64,000 nucleotides of DNA, from NCBI GenBank assembly GCA_041592335.1, contig JBFHQE010000012.1:10383-74382 (forward strand), given 5' to 3'. Source of the stretch: Thiohalobacteraceae bacterium (GTDB taxonomy: Bacteria; Pseudomonadota; Gammaproteobacteria; Thiohalobacterales; Thiohalobacteraceae). A program made the translations under genes and the position numbers. The first letter of the stretch is position 1, and each line of letters opens with the position of its first letter. The notes beneath the pieces are model-generated. The model searched no databases. It was not told the DNA's origin and was given only the letters and a program-made list of their open reading frames with translations. Shown one piece after another: positions 28,810 to 37,946 of this stretch.

Positions 28810-30327
28810 ATGTGTGGAATAGTGGGCATTGTCTCTCGTGAGACGGTAAATCAGGCGATCTACGATGGCCTGACGGTACTCCAGCATCGCGGTCAGGACG
28901 CGGCAGGCATCATGACCTGTGAAGATCACCGCCTGTACCTGCGCAAGGATAACGGGCTGGTGCGCGATGTGTTCCAGACCAAGCACATGCTGCGGCTGCA
29001 CGGAACCATGGGTATCGGGCATGTGCGTTACCCGACCGCCGGTTGCGAGAGCAGTGCCGAGGCGCAGCCTTTCTATGTGAATTCTCCTTATGGCATCAGC
29101 CTGGCGCACAATGGCAATCTCACTAATGCCGAAGACCTGAAGCGCGACCTGTTTCGCGAAGACCTGCGCCACATCAATACCAATTCCGATTCTGAAGTGC
29201 TGCTGAATGTGTTTGCCCATGAATTGCAGCGCCAGGGCAAGATGACTTGCGATCACATTGATATTTTCACGGCGGTGGCCAACGTGCATCGCCGTTGCCG
29301 TGGCGCCTATGCCGCGGTTGCCATGATTACCGGCTATGGCCTGGTGGCGTTTCGTGATCCCTTCGGCATTCGCCCGGTAGTGTTTGGCGAGCGTGAAGCA
29401 GCCGATGGCAGCAAGGAATACATGATTGCCTCGGAAAGCGTTGCGCTGGATGTGCTGGGCTTTAAACTGATTCGCGATGTCGCGCCGGGCGAGGCGGTTG
29501 TCATGACAATTGACGGTCAGCTGCATACACGGCAGTGCGCGGAAAACCCCCAGTATTCCACCTGTATCTTCGAGTATGTGTATCTGGCGCGGCCGGACTC
29601 CATTATTGATGACGTGCTGGTGTATAAGGCTCGCTTGCGCATGGGTGAACGCCTTGCGGAAAAGATCGAGCGTGAATGGGGCGAGGATCATGGCATTGAT
29701 GTCGTCATCCCGATTCCCGATACCAGCCGCACGTCCGCCCTGCAGCTGGCCAATTCGCTGGGCGTAAAATTCCGCGAAGGCTTTATGAAGAACCGTTATA
29801 TCGGCAGAACCTTCATCATGCCCGGGCAGCAACAACGCAAGAAATCGGTACGTCAGAAACTTAATCCGATCGAGCTCGAATTCAAGGATAAGAATGTGCT
29901 GCTGGTGGATGATTCCATTGTGCGTGGCACGACTTCCAAACAGATAATCCAGATGGCCAGGGACTCCGGAGCCAAGAAGGTCTATTTCGCTTCCGCCGCT
30001 CCCGCGATTCGTTACCAGAACGTGTATGGAATCGATATGCCATCGCGTACCGAACTGGTTGCGCATGACCGCAATGTAGAAGAAATTGCCGCCGAGATCG
30101 GTGCGGATAAACTGATCTTCCAGGATCTGGATGACCTGATCAAAACCGTCAATAAACGGAATGCGGATTTGCAGCGCTTCGATACTTCCGTGTTTACCGG
30201 CGAATACGTGACCGGCGACGTCAACATGGAATACCTGGACGAACTGCAGAAGAAACGCAGCGATGGCGAGAAAGAGAAACGCCGTGCGGCCGATGACGAG
30301 ATTATCGAGCTGCACAATACGGCCTGA
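28810..30327 (+). CDS. purF: Amidophosphoribosyltransferase
   Basis: 505 aa. MCGIVGI Ntn-Cys start and PRPP-binding [13 protein letters not shown]. Confidence 0.96.
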   Translation: MCGIVGIVSRETVNQAIYDGLTVLQHRGQDAAGIMTCEDHRLYLRKDNGLVRDVFQTKHMLRLHGTMGIGHVRYPTAGCESSAEAQPFYVNSPYGISLAHNGNLTNAEDLKRDLFREDLRHINTNSDSEVLLNVFAHELQRQGKMTCDHIDIFTAVANVHRRCRGAYAAVAMITGYGLVAFRDPFGIRPVVFGEREAADGSKEYMIASESVALDVLGFKLIRDVAPGEAVVMTIDGQLHTRQCAENPQYSTCIFEYVYLARPDSIIDDVLVYKARLRMGERLAEKIEREWGEDHGIDVVIPIPDTSRTSALQLANSLGVKFREGFMKNRYIGRTFIMPGQQQRKKSVRQKLNPIELEFKDKNVLLVDDSIVRGTTSKQIIQMARDSGAKKVYFASAAPAIRYQNVYGIDMPSRTELVAHDRNVEEIAAEIGADKLIFQDLDDLIKTVNKRNADLQRFDTSVFTGEYVTGDVNMEYLDELQKKRSDGEKEKRRAADDEIIELHNTA

Positions 30328-30337
30328 TGGCGTTGGC

Positions 30338-30521
30338 TTGTCAGCCATAAAAACATCTGCTACTTTCTGGACATGCGCCGATTTGAGCTCAGCTTGCGGG
30401 CGCTAAACAAATGCAGCTAAAGCGAGGGCAGAACCTGCTTTCGCAATGGGTCCCGTTTTCGGGGATCCACTGGTAAAGCGGGTTTTTTTTATGCCTCCGC
30501 ACTAATTTTCGGGAGAAAAAC
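30338..30521 (+). promoter_or_regulatory. Candidate promoter plus structured leader (possible SAM-II-like riboswitch/attenuator) of metZ
   Basis: TTGTCA-17 nt-TACTTT (30338..30366). Stem GCGCC/GGCGC (30375..30403). Loop AGCUUGC is complementary, with one bulge, to GCAGCU at 30413. AAAGCG appears twice (30419, 30475). CCUGCUUU (30434) can pair with either copy. U8 at 30483..30490. Confidence 0.3.
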
Positions 30522-31703
30522 ATGAATTATGATGACTACGAATTAGCGACCCTGGCGGTGCGGGCAGGGCAGGTGCGGACGCCGGAAGGCGAGCATTCGG
30601 AAGCGATTTTTCCGACCTCGAGTTATGTTTTCGGCAGTGCCGCGGAAGCGGCTGCCCGTTTTGCGGGTGAGCAACCCGGTAATATTTATTCACGCTTCAC
30701 CAATCCCACGGTCAGAACCTTTGAAGATCGTCTGGCCGCGCTTGAAGGCGGCGAACGGTGCGTGGCAACGGCCTCCGGTATGTCAGCTATTCTTGCGACC
30801 TGTCTGGGATTGATGCAGCAGGGCGATCACCTGGTGTCTTCACGCGGAATCTTCGGTAGCACGACCGTGTTGTTCAACAACTACCTGGCGCGTTGTGGGA
30901 TTGAGACCAGTTATGCCGACCTGTCTGATTTGGCCTCCTGGGAAGCGGCGATCAAGCCCAATACCAAACTGCTATTCCTGGAAAGTCCATCCAATCCATT
31001 AACTGAACTCGGCGATATCAGGGCGCTGGCGGCGTTGGCGCATAAGCACGGTTGCCTGCTGGCCGTGGATAATTGCTTCTGCACACCTGCTTTGCAAAGG
31101 CCGCTGGATCTGGGCGCGGATATAGTCATTCATTCGGCGACTAAATATCTCGATGGCCAGGGGCGTTGTATTGGTGGCGCGGTCGTGGGCGACAAGGTCA
31201 ACGTGGGTGAAGGCGTGTATGGTTTTCTGCGTACCTGTGGGCCGACCATGAGTCCGTTTAATGCCTGGGTATTCCTTAAAGGGCTGGAGACATTGAGTCT
31301 GCGTATGAAGGCGCATTGTGAAAACGCGGCAACCCTGGCGAACTGGCTGGAACAGCATCCTAATGTGGAGCGCGTGTACTATCCCGGACTGTCCTCCCAC
31401 CCGCAGCATGAACTGGCAAGGCAACAGCAGAAAGGCTTTGGCGGTATTGTGAGTTTTGAAGTCAAAGGCGGGAAGGAAGCGGCCTGGCGGGTAGTCGATA
31501 GCACCAAACTCTTATCGATTACCGCGAACCTCGGTGACACCAAGACCACGATCACACATCCGGCAACCACCACGCATGGTCGCCTGACGGTGGAGCAGCG
31601 GGCTGCGGCCGGTATTGCGGATGGTTTGTTGCGCGTGGCGGTCGGGCTGGAGGATATTCGTGATATCCAGGCCGATCTGGCAACCGGCCTGGATAATGGG
31701 TAA
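30522..31703 (+). CDS. metZ: O-succinylhomoserine sulfhydrylase
   Basis: 393 aa. TLAVRAGQVRTPEGEHSEAIFPTSSYVF and PLP-Lys HSATKYLDGQGR. purF-metZ adjacency as in Pseudomonas. Confidence 0.88.
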   Translation: MNYDDYELATLAVRAGQVRTPEGEHSEAIFPTSSYVFGSAAEAAARFAGEQPGNIYSRFTNPTVRTFEDRLAALEGGERCVATASGMSAILATCLGLMQQGDHLVSSRGIFGSTTVLFNNYLARCGIETSYADLSDLASWEAAIKPNTKLLFLESPSNPLTELGDIRALAALAHKHGCLLAVDNCFCTPALQRPLDLGADIVIHSATKYLDGQGRCIGGAVVGDKVNVGEGVYGFLRTCGPTMSPFNAWVFLKGLETLSLRMKAHCENAATLANWLEQHPNVERVYYPGLSSHPQHELARQQQKGFGGIVSFEVKGGKEAAWRVVDSTKLLSITANLGDTKTTITHPATTTHGRLTVEQRAAAGIADGLLRVAVGLEDIRDIQADLATGLDNG

Positions 31704-31715
31704 GCGCGCAGCGCT

Positions 31716-32060
31716 TTAGTGTTGAGGGCAGGGCGTTATCTTGCCGACCCCCCAGTGTTCAATGTCGTTATAGGAAAACACCTTGTTGGGTTCCAGGTGA
31801 ACATCCGGTAGCACGCGTTCGATGTTCACGGTGCAGGCACTTTTCTGGGCCTGAGAAATGGTGTCGGAAAGATAACGCGGTAATAACAGTAATTGCCGAA
31901 TGATGATGTCGCTGGTGTGGCAGGGTTTTTCAAGTTCAACCAGGTAGTAGAAAGCGCCGTTGCCGCCGCGTAATACACCGTTGCCGATAATACGCGCCGG
32001 ATTGCAGCCTTCAAACGAATAGGGTTCGTAGACTTCGAGGTAATGATGATTGTTAATCAT
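31716..32060 (-). CDS. Hypothetical protein (114 aa)
   Basis: ORF 31716..32126 trimmed to the ATG at 32060, which has GGAGGA 7 nt upstream. No recognisable family. Confidence 0.45.
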   Translation of the reverse strand: MINNHHYLEVYEPYSFEGCNPARIIGNGVLRGGNGAFYYLVELEKPCHTSDIIIRQLLLLPRYLSDTISQAQKSACTVNIERVLPDVHLEPNKVFSYNDIEHWGVGKITPCPQH

Positions 32061-32185
32061 GGTGATTCCTCCACTGCCGGCAGCCTGTTGGTTCCGAGCA
32101 TGCCCTAGTGTTTGCGACACTGTCAAAAAGATCGTGCTGTTATAGCCATCCCCGGCTTTAGAGTAATTATTGAAAAATTATTTAA

Positions 32186-33418
32186 ATGGCTGCTTTTATT
32201 GATAATAGTCAGGCGAGGTATTGGTTGCTGGAGTGCTTCCGCGCTGGGCTGTCCACGGTCGATGGAAAGCATTGTGTAGCCCAGGAAATGCGTAATTTTC
32301 AAGCTGACAGAATTCGTCTGATCGCAATCGGTAAAGCGGCCGGGGCGATGGTGGCAGGTGCCTGGCAGGCAGCGGAACAACGCATCGTCGATGCGCTGGT
32401 TATCAGTAAGGCGGGGCATCTCGATGTTCTGCCGGATGATCAACGCATCACGGCGATCGAAGCCGGTCATCCATTGCCCGATCAGGCAAGTCTCACCGCC
32501 GGTGAACATTTGCTGACTCGATTGCGTTCAGGCAAGCCGGGTGATCGATGGTTGATACTGTTATCCGGTGGCGCGTCCAGCCTGGTTGAGGTATTGCCCG
32601 ATGGATATACGCTGACGCAATTGCAACGCTTGAATGACTGGTTGTTAGGCAGTGGAATGGATATTTGCCGCATGAACGCTATTCGTCAACGCGTGTCCTG
32701 TATTAAAGGGGGTAAGTTAAATGACCTTGTGCAGGGGCAGGCCGAGGTCTGGGCGATTTCCGATGTGCCGGACGACGATCCGGCCGTAATTGGTTCAGGG
32801 CTGTTTTATCGTGCCACCGCGCTGGCCGATGATATTGAGCTGCCTGACTGGGTTCGGGACTGGATGAAGGCGACTGCCACGGAAACTTCCGAACAGGTGG
32901 TTCATTCCACGCCGCATCGTATTCTTGCCAACCTGGATCGGATGCTGGACGCCATGGCGCGGTTCGCCGCCGAATCGGATATACCGGTAAGGCGCGAGCC
33001 AAACCACTTTAGCGGGGATGCGCAACAACTGGGGCACACCATGGCCGAAACTCTTCTCCAGGGGCCGCCGGGACTCACGATCTGGGGAGGGGAGGCCACA
33101 GTGCGGTTACCGCAAGTCCATGGACGCGGAGGCCGAAGCCAGCAACTGGCGCTTGCGGCTGCCTGTCGGTTGGCGGGGCATGATGATTGTCTGTTACTGG
33201 CGGTTGGTAGTGACGGCACGGACGGACCGACCGATGCAGCGGGTGCGCTGGTAGACGGCGGTACGCTAAGCCGCGCTGCCGCCGAAGGTTTCGATGCCGG
33301 AATGGCATTGGCCGGGGCAGACGCTTATCCCTGTCTGGCCGAAAGCGGTGATCTGATTGTGACCGGCCCGACCGGGACGAATGTGACGGATGTGGTACTG
33401 GGGCTTAAACTGGGCTGA
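32186..33418 (+). CDS. Glycerate 2-kinase / hydroxypyruvate reductase-like protein (DUF4147 + MOFRL)
   Basis: 410 aa. GKAAGAMV near the N-terminus. C-terminal GGEATV...GRGGRSQQLAL...GSDGTDGPTDAAGA...TGPTGTNVTD is typical of the MOFRL family. Confidence 0.8.
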   Translation: MAAFIDNSQARYWLLECFRAGLSTVDGKHCVAQEMRNFQADRIRLIAIGKAAGAMVAGAWQAAEQRIVDALVISKAGHLDVLPDDQRITAIEAGHPLPDQASLTAGEHLLTRLRSGKPGDRWLILLSGGASSLVEVLPDGYTLTQLQRLNDWLLGSGMDICRMNAIRQRVSCIKGGKLNDLVQGQAEVWAISDVPDDDPAVIGSGLFYRATALADDIELPDWVRDWMKATATETSEQVVHSTPHRILANLDRMLDAMARFAAESDIPVRREPNHFSGDAQQLGHTMAETLLQGPPGLTIWGGEATVRLPQVHGRGGRSQQLALAAACRLAGHDDCLLLAVGSDGTDGPTDAAGALVDGGTLSRAAAEGFDAGMALAGADAYPCLAESGDLIVTGPTGTNVTDVVLGLKLG

Positions 33419-34239
33419 TGAACAGGATGAACCTTATTTCCCTCGCTCAGGCATGTCTGCAGCTGCAATCACCCTCGGAAAAAGTGGCTCGCACGCGCGA
33501 TGCTTACCGACGTCTGCAGGCGGGTGAGCTGGCAATTGATCCAGCGGTGGCAGGAAAGGCGTTCGACCAGCCCGGCCGTCCCGACAAACCCGTGCTGGTT
33601 GAGCCCCGTGATTTACCGCGCCGTTCGCTGAGTACTTCCGAGGGACAGGCCGCCCTGATCCATTCAATTGCACATATTGAATTCAACGCCATTAATCTGG
33701 CCTGGGATGCGGTGTGCCGATTCGCCGACATGCCTGAAAACTTTTACCGTGACTGGGCGCGCGTGGCGGATGAAGAGGCGTATCATTTCAGCCTGCTGGC
33801 TGAGCGGTTGCGGAATCTAGGGTATCAATACGGTGACTACCCGGCTCATAATGGCTTGTGGGAAGCTGCGCTCGATACCCGGCACGATGTGCTGATACGG
33901 ATGGCGTTGGTGCCGCGAGTGCTGGAGGCGCGTGGGCTGGATGTGACGCCCGGCATCATGCAGAAGCTGGAGCGTGCTGGCGATCATCGGACGATTGAAT
34001 TACTCAAGATCATACTGCGTGACGAAATTGGTCATGTTGAGATTGGTACGCGCTGGTTTCGCTATTGTTGCGAGCAGCGCGGGCTAGACCCGGATGCCAC
34101 CTTTGAGGCGTTGTTGAAGCAGTATATGAAAGGGCGAATCAAGGGTCCGTTTTATTACGAGGCACGAGTGCAGGCGGGTTTCAGTGACAATGAAATGGCA
34201 ACGCTGGAACACCTGGATGCCGCGGCGGGCGATCGCTAA
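33418..34239 (+). CDS. Ferritin-like DUF455 family protein
   Basis: 273 aa. HIEFNAINLAWD, DEEAYHF and RDEIGHVEIG (di-iron-type E/H ligand pattern). ATG overlaps the upstream TGA (TGATG). Confidence 0.7.
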   Translation: MNRMNLISLAQACLQLQSPSEKVARTRDAYRRLQAGELAIDPAVAGKAFDQPGRPDKPVLVEPRDLPRRSLSTSEGQAALIHSIAHIEFNAINLAWDAVCRFADMPENFYRDWARVADEEAYHFSLLAERLRNLGYQYGDYPAHNGLWEAALDTRHDVLIRMALVPRVLEARGLDVTPGIMQKLERAGDHRTIELLKIILRDEIGHVEIGTRWFRYCCEQRGLDPDATFEALLKQYMKGRIKGPFYYEARVQAGFSDNEMATLEHLDAAAGDR

Positions 34240-34274
34240 ACCCTATGCGACCCCTCGCTGTGCCGAGGTAACGT

Positions 34275-34988
34275 TTGGAGGATATGGTGAATAACATTCT
34301 ACGTGTATTGATTGTGTTCCTGTTTATGCAGCCGGCTGTATTAATGGCCGAGGCGAAAACAGTGACAGCATCGCTGGTGCTTTATACCGAGCAGGAGCCG
34401 GGTACGGACAGCTATCCGGTGCGTATTCTGGTTACGGCTGAGTATGTGCGCTTTGACGACGGATACAACGACAGCGATTATGTGTTGTACGAACGCCTGA
34501 ATCAGCGCCTGAGCAGCGTGGTGCATGAAAACAAAACTCTGACCGTGCTGACAGTGCCGAAACAAGCGACATTACCCAGTGTGGAAAGTCCGGTTATCGA
34601 TAAACTGATCGAGGATGATCTCCAGGCGCCGAAAATTGAAGAGTTGCCGGTGAAGTTGCTGACCGTTAGCGCCGATGGCAAAGCCTGTATGACAGCGGCG
34701 GTAGTACCTGGCCTGTTGCCGGATGTGGTGGAAGCGCTGGCGGAATATCACGCCGTGATTAAAAAGCGCAATATGCAGGGTCTCGCCACCTTGCCAGCCG
34801 ATCTGCGCACGCCCTGTTATCTGGCCAACCAGGTCTTTGCCTATGGCAGCCAGTATGATTTCGGTTTTCCCGTGCATGAGAATATTCAGAATGGCCGCAA
34901 GCGGGTACTGATGGATTACCGGTCTCAGGAAGTGAAGGCGAAGCTGTTCTGGTTACCGAAAGACTATCGCATGTTCCAGATTGACTAG
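34275..34988 (+). CDS. Hypothetical secreted protein (237 aa)
   Basis: Signal-peptide-like N-terminus ILRVLIVFLFMQPAVLMAEA. The start could be the ATG at 34284. No recognisable family. Confidence 0.5.
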   Translation: MEDMVNNILRVLIVFLFMQPAVLMAEAKTVTASLVLYTEQEPGTDSYPVRILVTAEYVRFDDGYNDSDYVLYERLNQRLSSVVHENKTLTVLTVPKQATLPSVESPVIDKLIEDDLQAPKIEELPVKLLTVSADGKACMTAAVVPGLLPDVVEALAEYHAVIKKRNMQGLATLPADLRTPCYLANQVFAYGSQYDFGFPVHENIQNGRKRVLMDYRSQEVKAKLFWLPKDYRMFQID

Positions 34989-35713
34989 CGTGGTGTCAGG
35001 ACGCGTAACTTTCCACCCTGTTCATCAACCACCAGGCAGCTGCCCTGTTCATACCAGTCGCCGACCACCATGCGCAGGGCGCTTTTTCCACCGAGGTTGA
35101 TACGGTGAATGGCGGGACGGTGAGTGTGGCCGTGAATCATCTGTAGTGTGCCATGTTCGCGCAGGCAGTTTTCCACGGCGGCCTGGTTCACATCCATGAT
35201 GTCATCGGCTTTTTCCTGGTTCGCCTGCTGGCTGGTTTCGCGCAACTGGCGAGCGATGGTTTTACGTTCGTCAAGCGATTTGCCGAGAAAAGCCTTCTGC
35301 CAGACCGGATCACGAACCTCCTGGCGGAATGCCTGGTAGGCATGATCGTCAGTGCAGAGTGAGTCGCCGTGCAGTAACACGGTTTTTTTACCGTAGAGTT
35401 CGAGGGTATGACCTTCGGGAAGCAGGGTGGCCTTGCAGCGTGAGGCCAGCGTATCGCCCATCAAAAAATCACGATTGCCATGCATCAGGTAGACAGGAAT
35501 GCCGCGCTGGCTGACTGCTGCTATCGCATCGATAACCGGCACCCAGCAGGGTGCATCGTCGTCATCTCCAATCCAGGCTTCGAACAGATCGCCCAGTATG
35601 TAGAGTGCTTCTGTGTCCCTGTCGATCTGTTCAAGGAACTGTATAAAAAGCTGGATGATGGCGGGACGGGAAGGATGTAGATGAAGGTCGGCGATGAAAC
35701 AGGTGTGTGGCAT
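34985..35713 (-). CDS. lpxH: UDP-2,3-diacylglucosamine diphosphatase
   Basis: 242 aa. FIADLHL...GDLFEAWIGDDD...MHGNRDF metallophosphatase motifs. Confidence 0.93.
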   Translation of the reverse strand: MPHTCFIADLHLHPSRPAIIQLFIQFLEQIDRDTEALYILGDLFEAWIGDDDDAPCWVPVIDAIAAVSQRGIPVYLMHGNRDFLMGDTLASRCKATLLPEGHTLELYGKKTVLLHGDSLCTDDHAYQAFRQEVRDPVWQKAFLGKSLDERKTIARQLRETSQQANQEKADDIMDVNQAAVENCLREHGTLQMIHGHTHRPAIHRINLGGKSALRMVVGDWYEQGSCLVVDEQGGKLRVLTPR

Positions 35714-35759
35714 GAGTGGTAAGGCTGGTTTCAGTGGTTAACTGAAACCAGCGCCAGGT

Positions 35760-36341
35760 TTATTCCTGTACCGTAACCGATTCGATCACGACATCCTCAA
35801 GCGGGACATCCTGGTGGCCGGAGGCATTACCGGTGGCAACTCCTTCAATGGCGCGTACCACATCCATGCCGTCAACAACCTTGCCAAACACACAGTAGCC
35901 CCAGCCCTGCGGCGTAGGCGAAGTGAAATTCAGAAAGTCGTTGTCCTTAACATTGATGAAGAACTGGGCTGTCGCTGAGTGCGGGTCCGGGGTGCGGGCC
36001 ATGGCGATGGTGCCAACGTCGTTGGCCAGTCCGTTATCCGCCTCGTTTTTAACCGGTTCGCGGGTAGTCTTCTGGCTCATGCCGGGTTCAAAACCGCCGC
36101 CCTGAATCATGAAGCCCCGGATCACGCGATGGAAAACGGTGCCGTCGTAGAAGCCTGCCTTAGCGTATTCGATAAAGTTGGCAACGGTCTTGGGTGCCTT
36201 ATCGGCATCTAGTTCCAGCACGATTGTGCCGTGGTTGGTCTGCATTTGAACAGTCACTGTGTCTGCTCCTGTTGTCGGTTCCGCAAAAAGGGTGCGGAAA
36301 AAGAAGAAGAGGATAAACCCCAAACTGATTTTGCGTGCCAT
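35760..36341 (-). CDS. ppiA: Periplasmic cyclophilin-type peptidyl-prolyl cis-trans isomerase
   Basis: 193 aa. Signal peptide plus [15 protein letters not shown] cyclophilin core. Confidence 0.9.
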   Translation of the reverse strand: MARKISLGFILFFFFRTLFAEPTTGADTVTVQMQTNHGTIVLELDADKAPKTVANFIEYAKAGFYDGTVFHRVIRGFMIQGGGFEPGMSQKTTREPVKNEADNGLANDVGTIAMARTPDPHSATAQFFINVKDNDFLNFTSPTPQGWGYCVFGKVVDGMDVVRAIEGVATGNASGHQDVPLEDVVIESVTVQE

Positions 36342-36458
36342 GAATTACGCTTTCCTTGTCGTTGAAACCGGCGGAAGGGGGATGATAGCGAGTTTAATGA
36401 AATTACGAAAGTCGTGATGCTTTTGCCTGTGGCCGCTTTCCGTTAACATGCCACCCGC

Positions 36459-37934
36459 ATGAATACACCTATTATTAAGACGCGATTCGCGCCCAGCCCG
36501 ACCGGCGAACTCCATTTAGGCAATGTGCGCACGGCCCTGTTCAATGTACTGTTGGCCGGCCAGGCCGGTGGGCGGTTTTTGCTGCGTATCGAAGATACCG
36601 ACCAGTCGCGCAGTAAACCGGAATACGTCGAGGCGCTGCAGCGGGATTTGCGCTGGCTGGGGCTGGAATGGCAGGAAGGTCCGGGGGTGGGCGGCGATGC
36701 TGACAGTTATTTTCAGTCCGAGCGATCAGCTATTTACGAGCATTACTTCGAGCAGCTGACGGCGTCTGGCGAGGCCTATCCCTGCTACTGTTCCGAACAG
36801 GAGCTGGCGGTGGCGCGCAAGGTGCAAATGGCGTCCGGGAAGCCGCCCCGTTACCCCGGCACCTGTGCGCATCTGACGGAGGAGCAGCGTGCCAGCCGTG
36901 CGGCCGAGGGGCGTGAGCCGACACTGCGGTTTCGAGTCCCGGACGGCGAGGTGGTCGAATTTGACGATCTGGTGCGGGGAAAACAGCAGTATCGAACCGA
37001 CGACATCGGTGATTTTATTATTCGTCGGCATGACGGCACGGCCGCCTTCTTTTTCTGCAATGCCATTGATGATGCCCTGATGGGGGTGACCCATGTGCTG
37101 CGGGGCGAAGATCACCTCACCAATACCCCACGGCAAATAAAACTGCTGCGCGCGCTGGGGCTGCGAGTACCTGCCTATGGCCACATTTCGCTGATCGTTG
37201 CCGAAAACGGCGCGCCCTTGTCCAAGCGCCACGGCAGCAAGAGCCTGCGCGAGTTACGGGAAATGGGTTACCTGCCCACGGCCTTGATGAATCACTTGTC
37301 GCGTCTTGGCCACACTTACGAAAATGACCCGGGTTTCATGAGCAATGCGCAGCTGGCAGCGGAGTTTCGCGAGACACGGCTGGGCAAGGCCCCGGCGAGG
37401 CACGATCCGCAGCAATTATTGCACTGGCAGAAAGAAGCCATTGTGCATGCCGACGATGAATCCCTGTGGCTTTGGCTAACGGGGCGTACCTTTGCCGATG
37501 GCGGCTCCATCGAGTCGCTGGTGCCCGAAGATAAACGTATTGCTTTCGTGCAGGCCATACGCGACAACATCGAAATGCCGGTGGACGCCTACATTTGGGC
37601 CGGTAACCTGTTTGCCGAGACTGAGCAGTACGATCCGGACGCGCGGCAGGTAATCCGGGAAGCCGGAAAGGATTTTTTTGCTTCAGCGGCAGCGGTTTCA
37701 GCCGATCAACACGACAGTTTCAAGACCTACTCGAAGGCGGTGGGCCAGACCGCGGGTGTCAAGGGGAAACAATTGTTCATGCCGCTACGCGCAGCCCTGA
37801 CCGGCGAACTGCGCGACCCGGAACAGGGTGGAGTATGGAGAAACGGACCGGAGCTGGGTCGGCTTTGGCCGCTTTTGGGGAACGATCATATCGAGCGCCG
37901 TATTCGACAGGCATTAGCGTTGTGTGAGGAATAA
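36459..37934 (+). CDS. gltX: Glutamate--tRNA ligase
   Basis: 491 aa. RFAPSPTGELHLGNVRTALFN (HIGH), PLSKRHGS (KMSKS-like), CYCSEQE...YPGTC zinc motif. Confidence 0.9.
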   Translation: MNTPIIKTRFAPSPTGELHLGNVRTALFNVLLAGQAGGRFLLRIEDTDQSRSKPEYVEALQRDLRWLGLEWQEGPGVGGDADSYFQSERSAIYEHYFEQLTASGEAYPCYCSEQELAVARKVQMASGKPPRYPGTCAHLTEEQRASRAAEGREPTLRFRVPDGEVVEFDDLVRGKQQYRTDDIGDFIIRRHDGTAAFFFCNAIDDALMGVTHVLRGEDHLTNTPRQIKLLRALGLRVPAYGHISLIVAENGAPLSKRHGSKSLRELREMGYLPTALMNHLSRLGHTYENDPGFMSNAQLAAEFRETRLGKAPARHDPQQLLHWQKEAIVHADDESLWLWLTGRTFADGGSIESLVPEDKRIAFVQAIRDNIEMPVDAYIWAGNLFAETEQYDPDARQVIREAGKDFFASAAAVSADQHDSFKTYSKAVGQTAGVKGKQLFMPLRAALTGELRDPEQGGVWRNGPELGRLWPLLGNDHIERRIRQALALCEE

Positions 37935-37946
37935 CCGGGGATCAAG

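Noticed and set aside
28771-30348. 525-aa minus-strand ORF covering all of purF in antisense
   Set aside because: It is striking in length, but purF on the plus strand is unambiguous (MCGIVGI..., PRPP motif). The antisense product is low-complexity (H/R/I/Q/G rich) with no motifs. Long stop-free antisense frames are common opposite highly expressed GC-biased genes.
36423-36449. TTGCCT-15 nt-TAACAT, which would give a near-leaderless gltX mRNA. Also TATAAT at 54885..54890, 8 nt before the SBP ATG.
   Set aside because: The spacer is suboptimal or the -35 is missing. Leaderless translation cannot be inferred from sequence alone. I mention it only as a possibility under the gltX finding.
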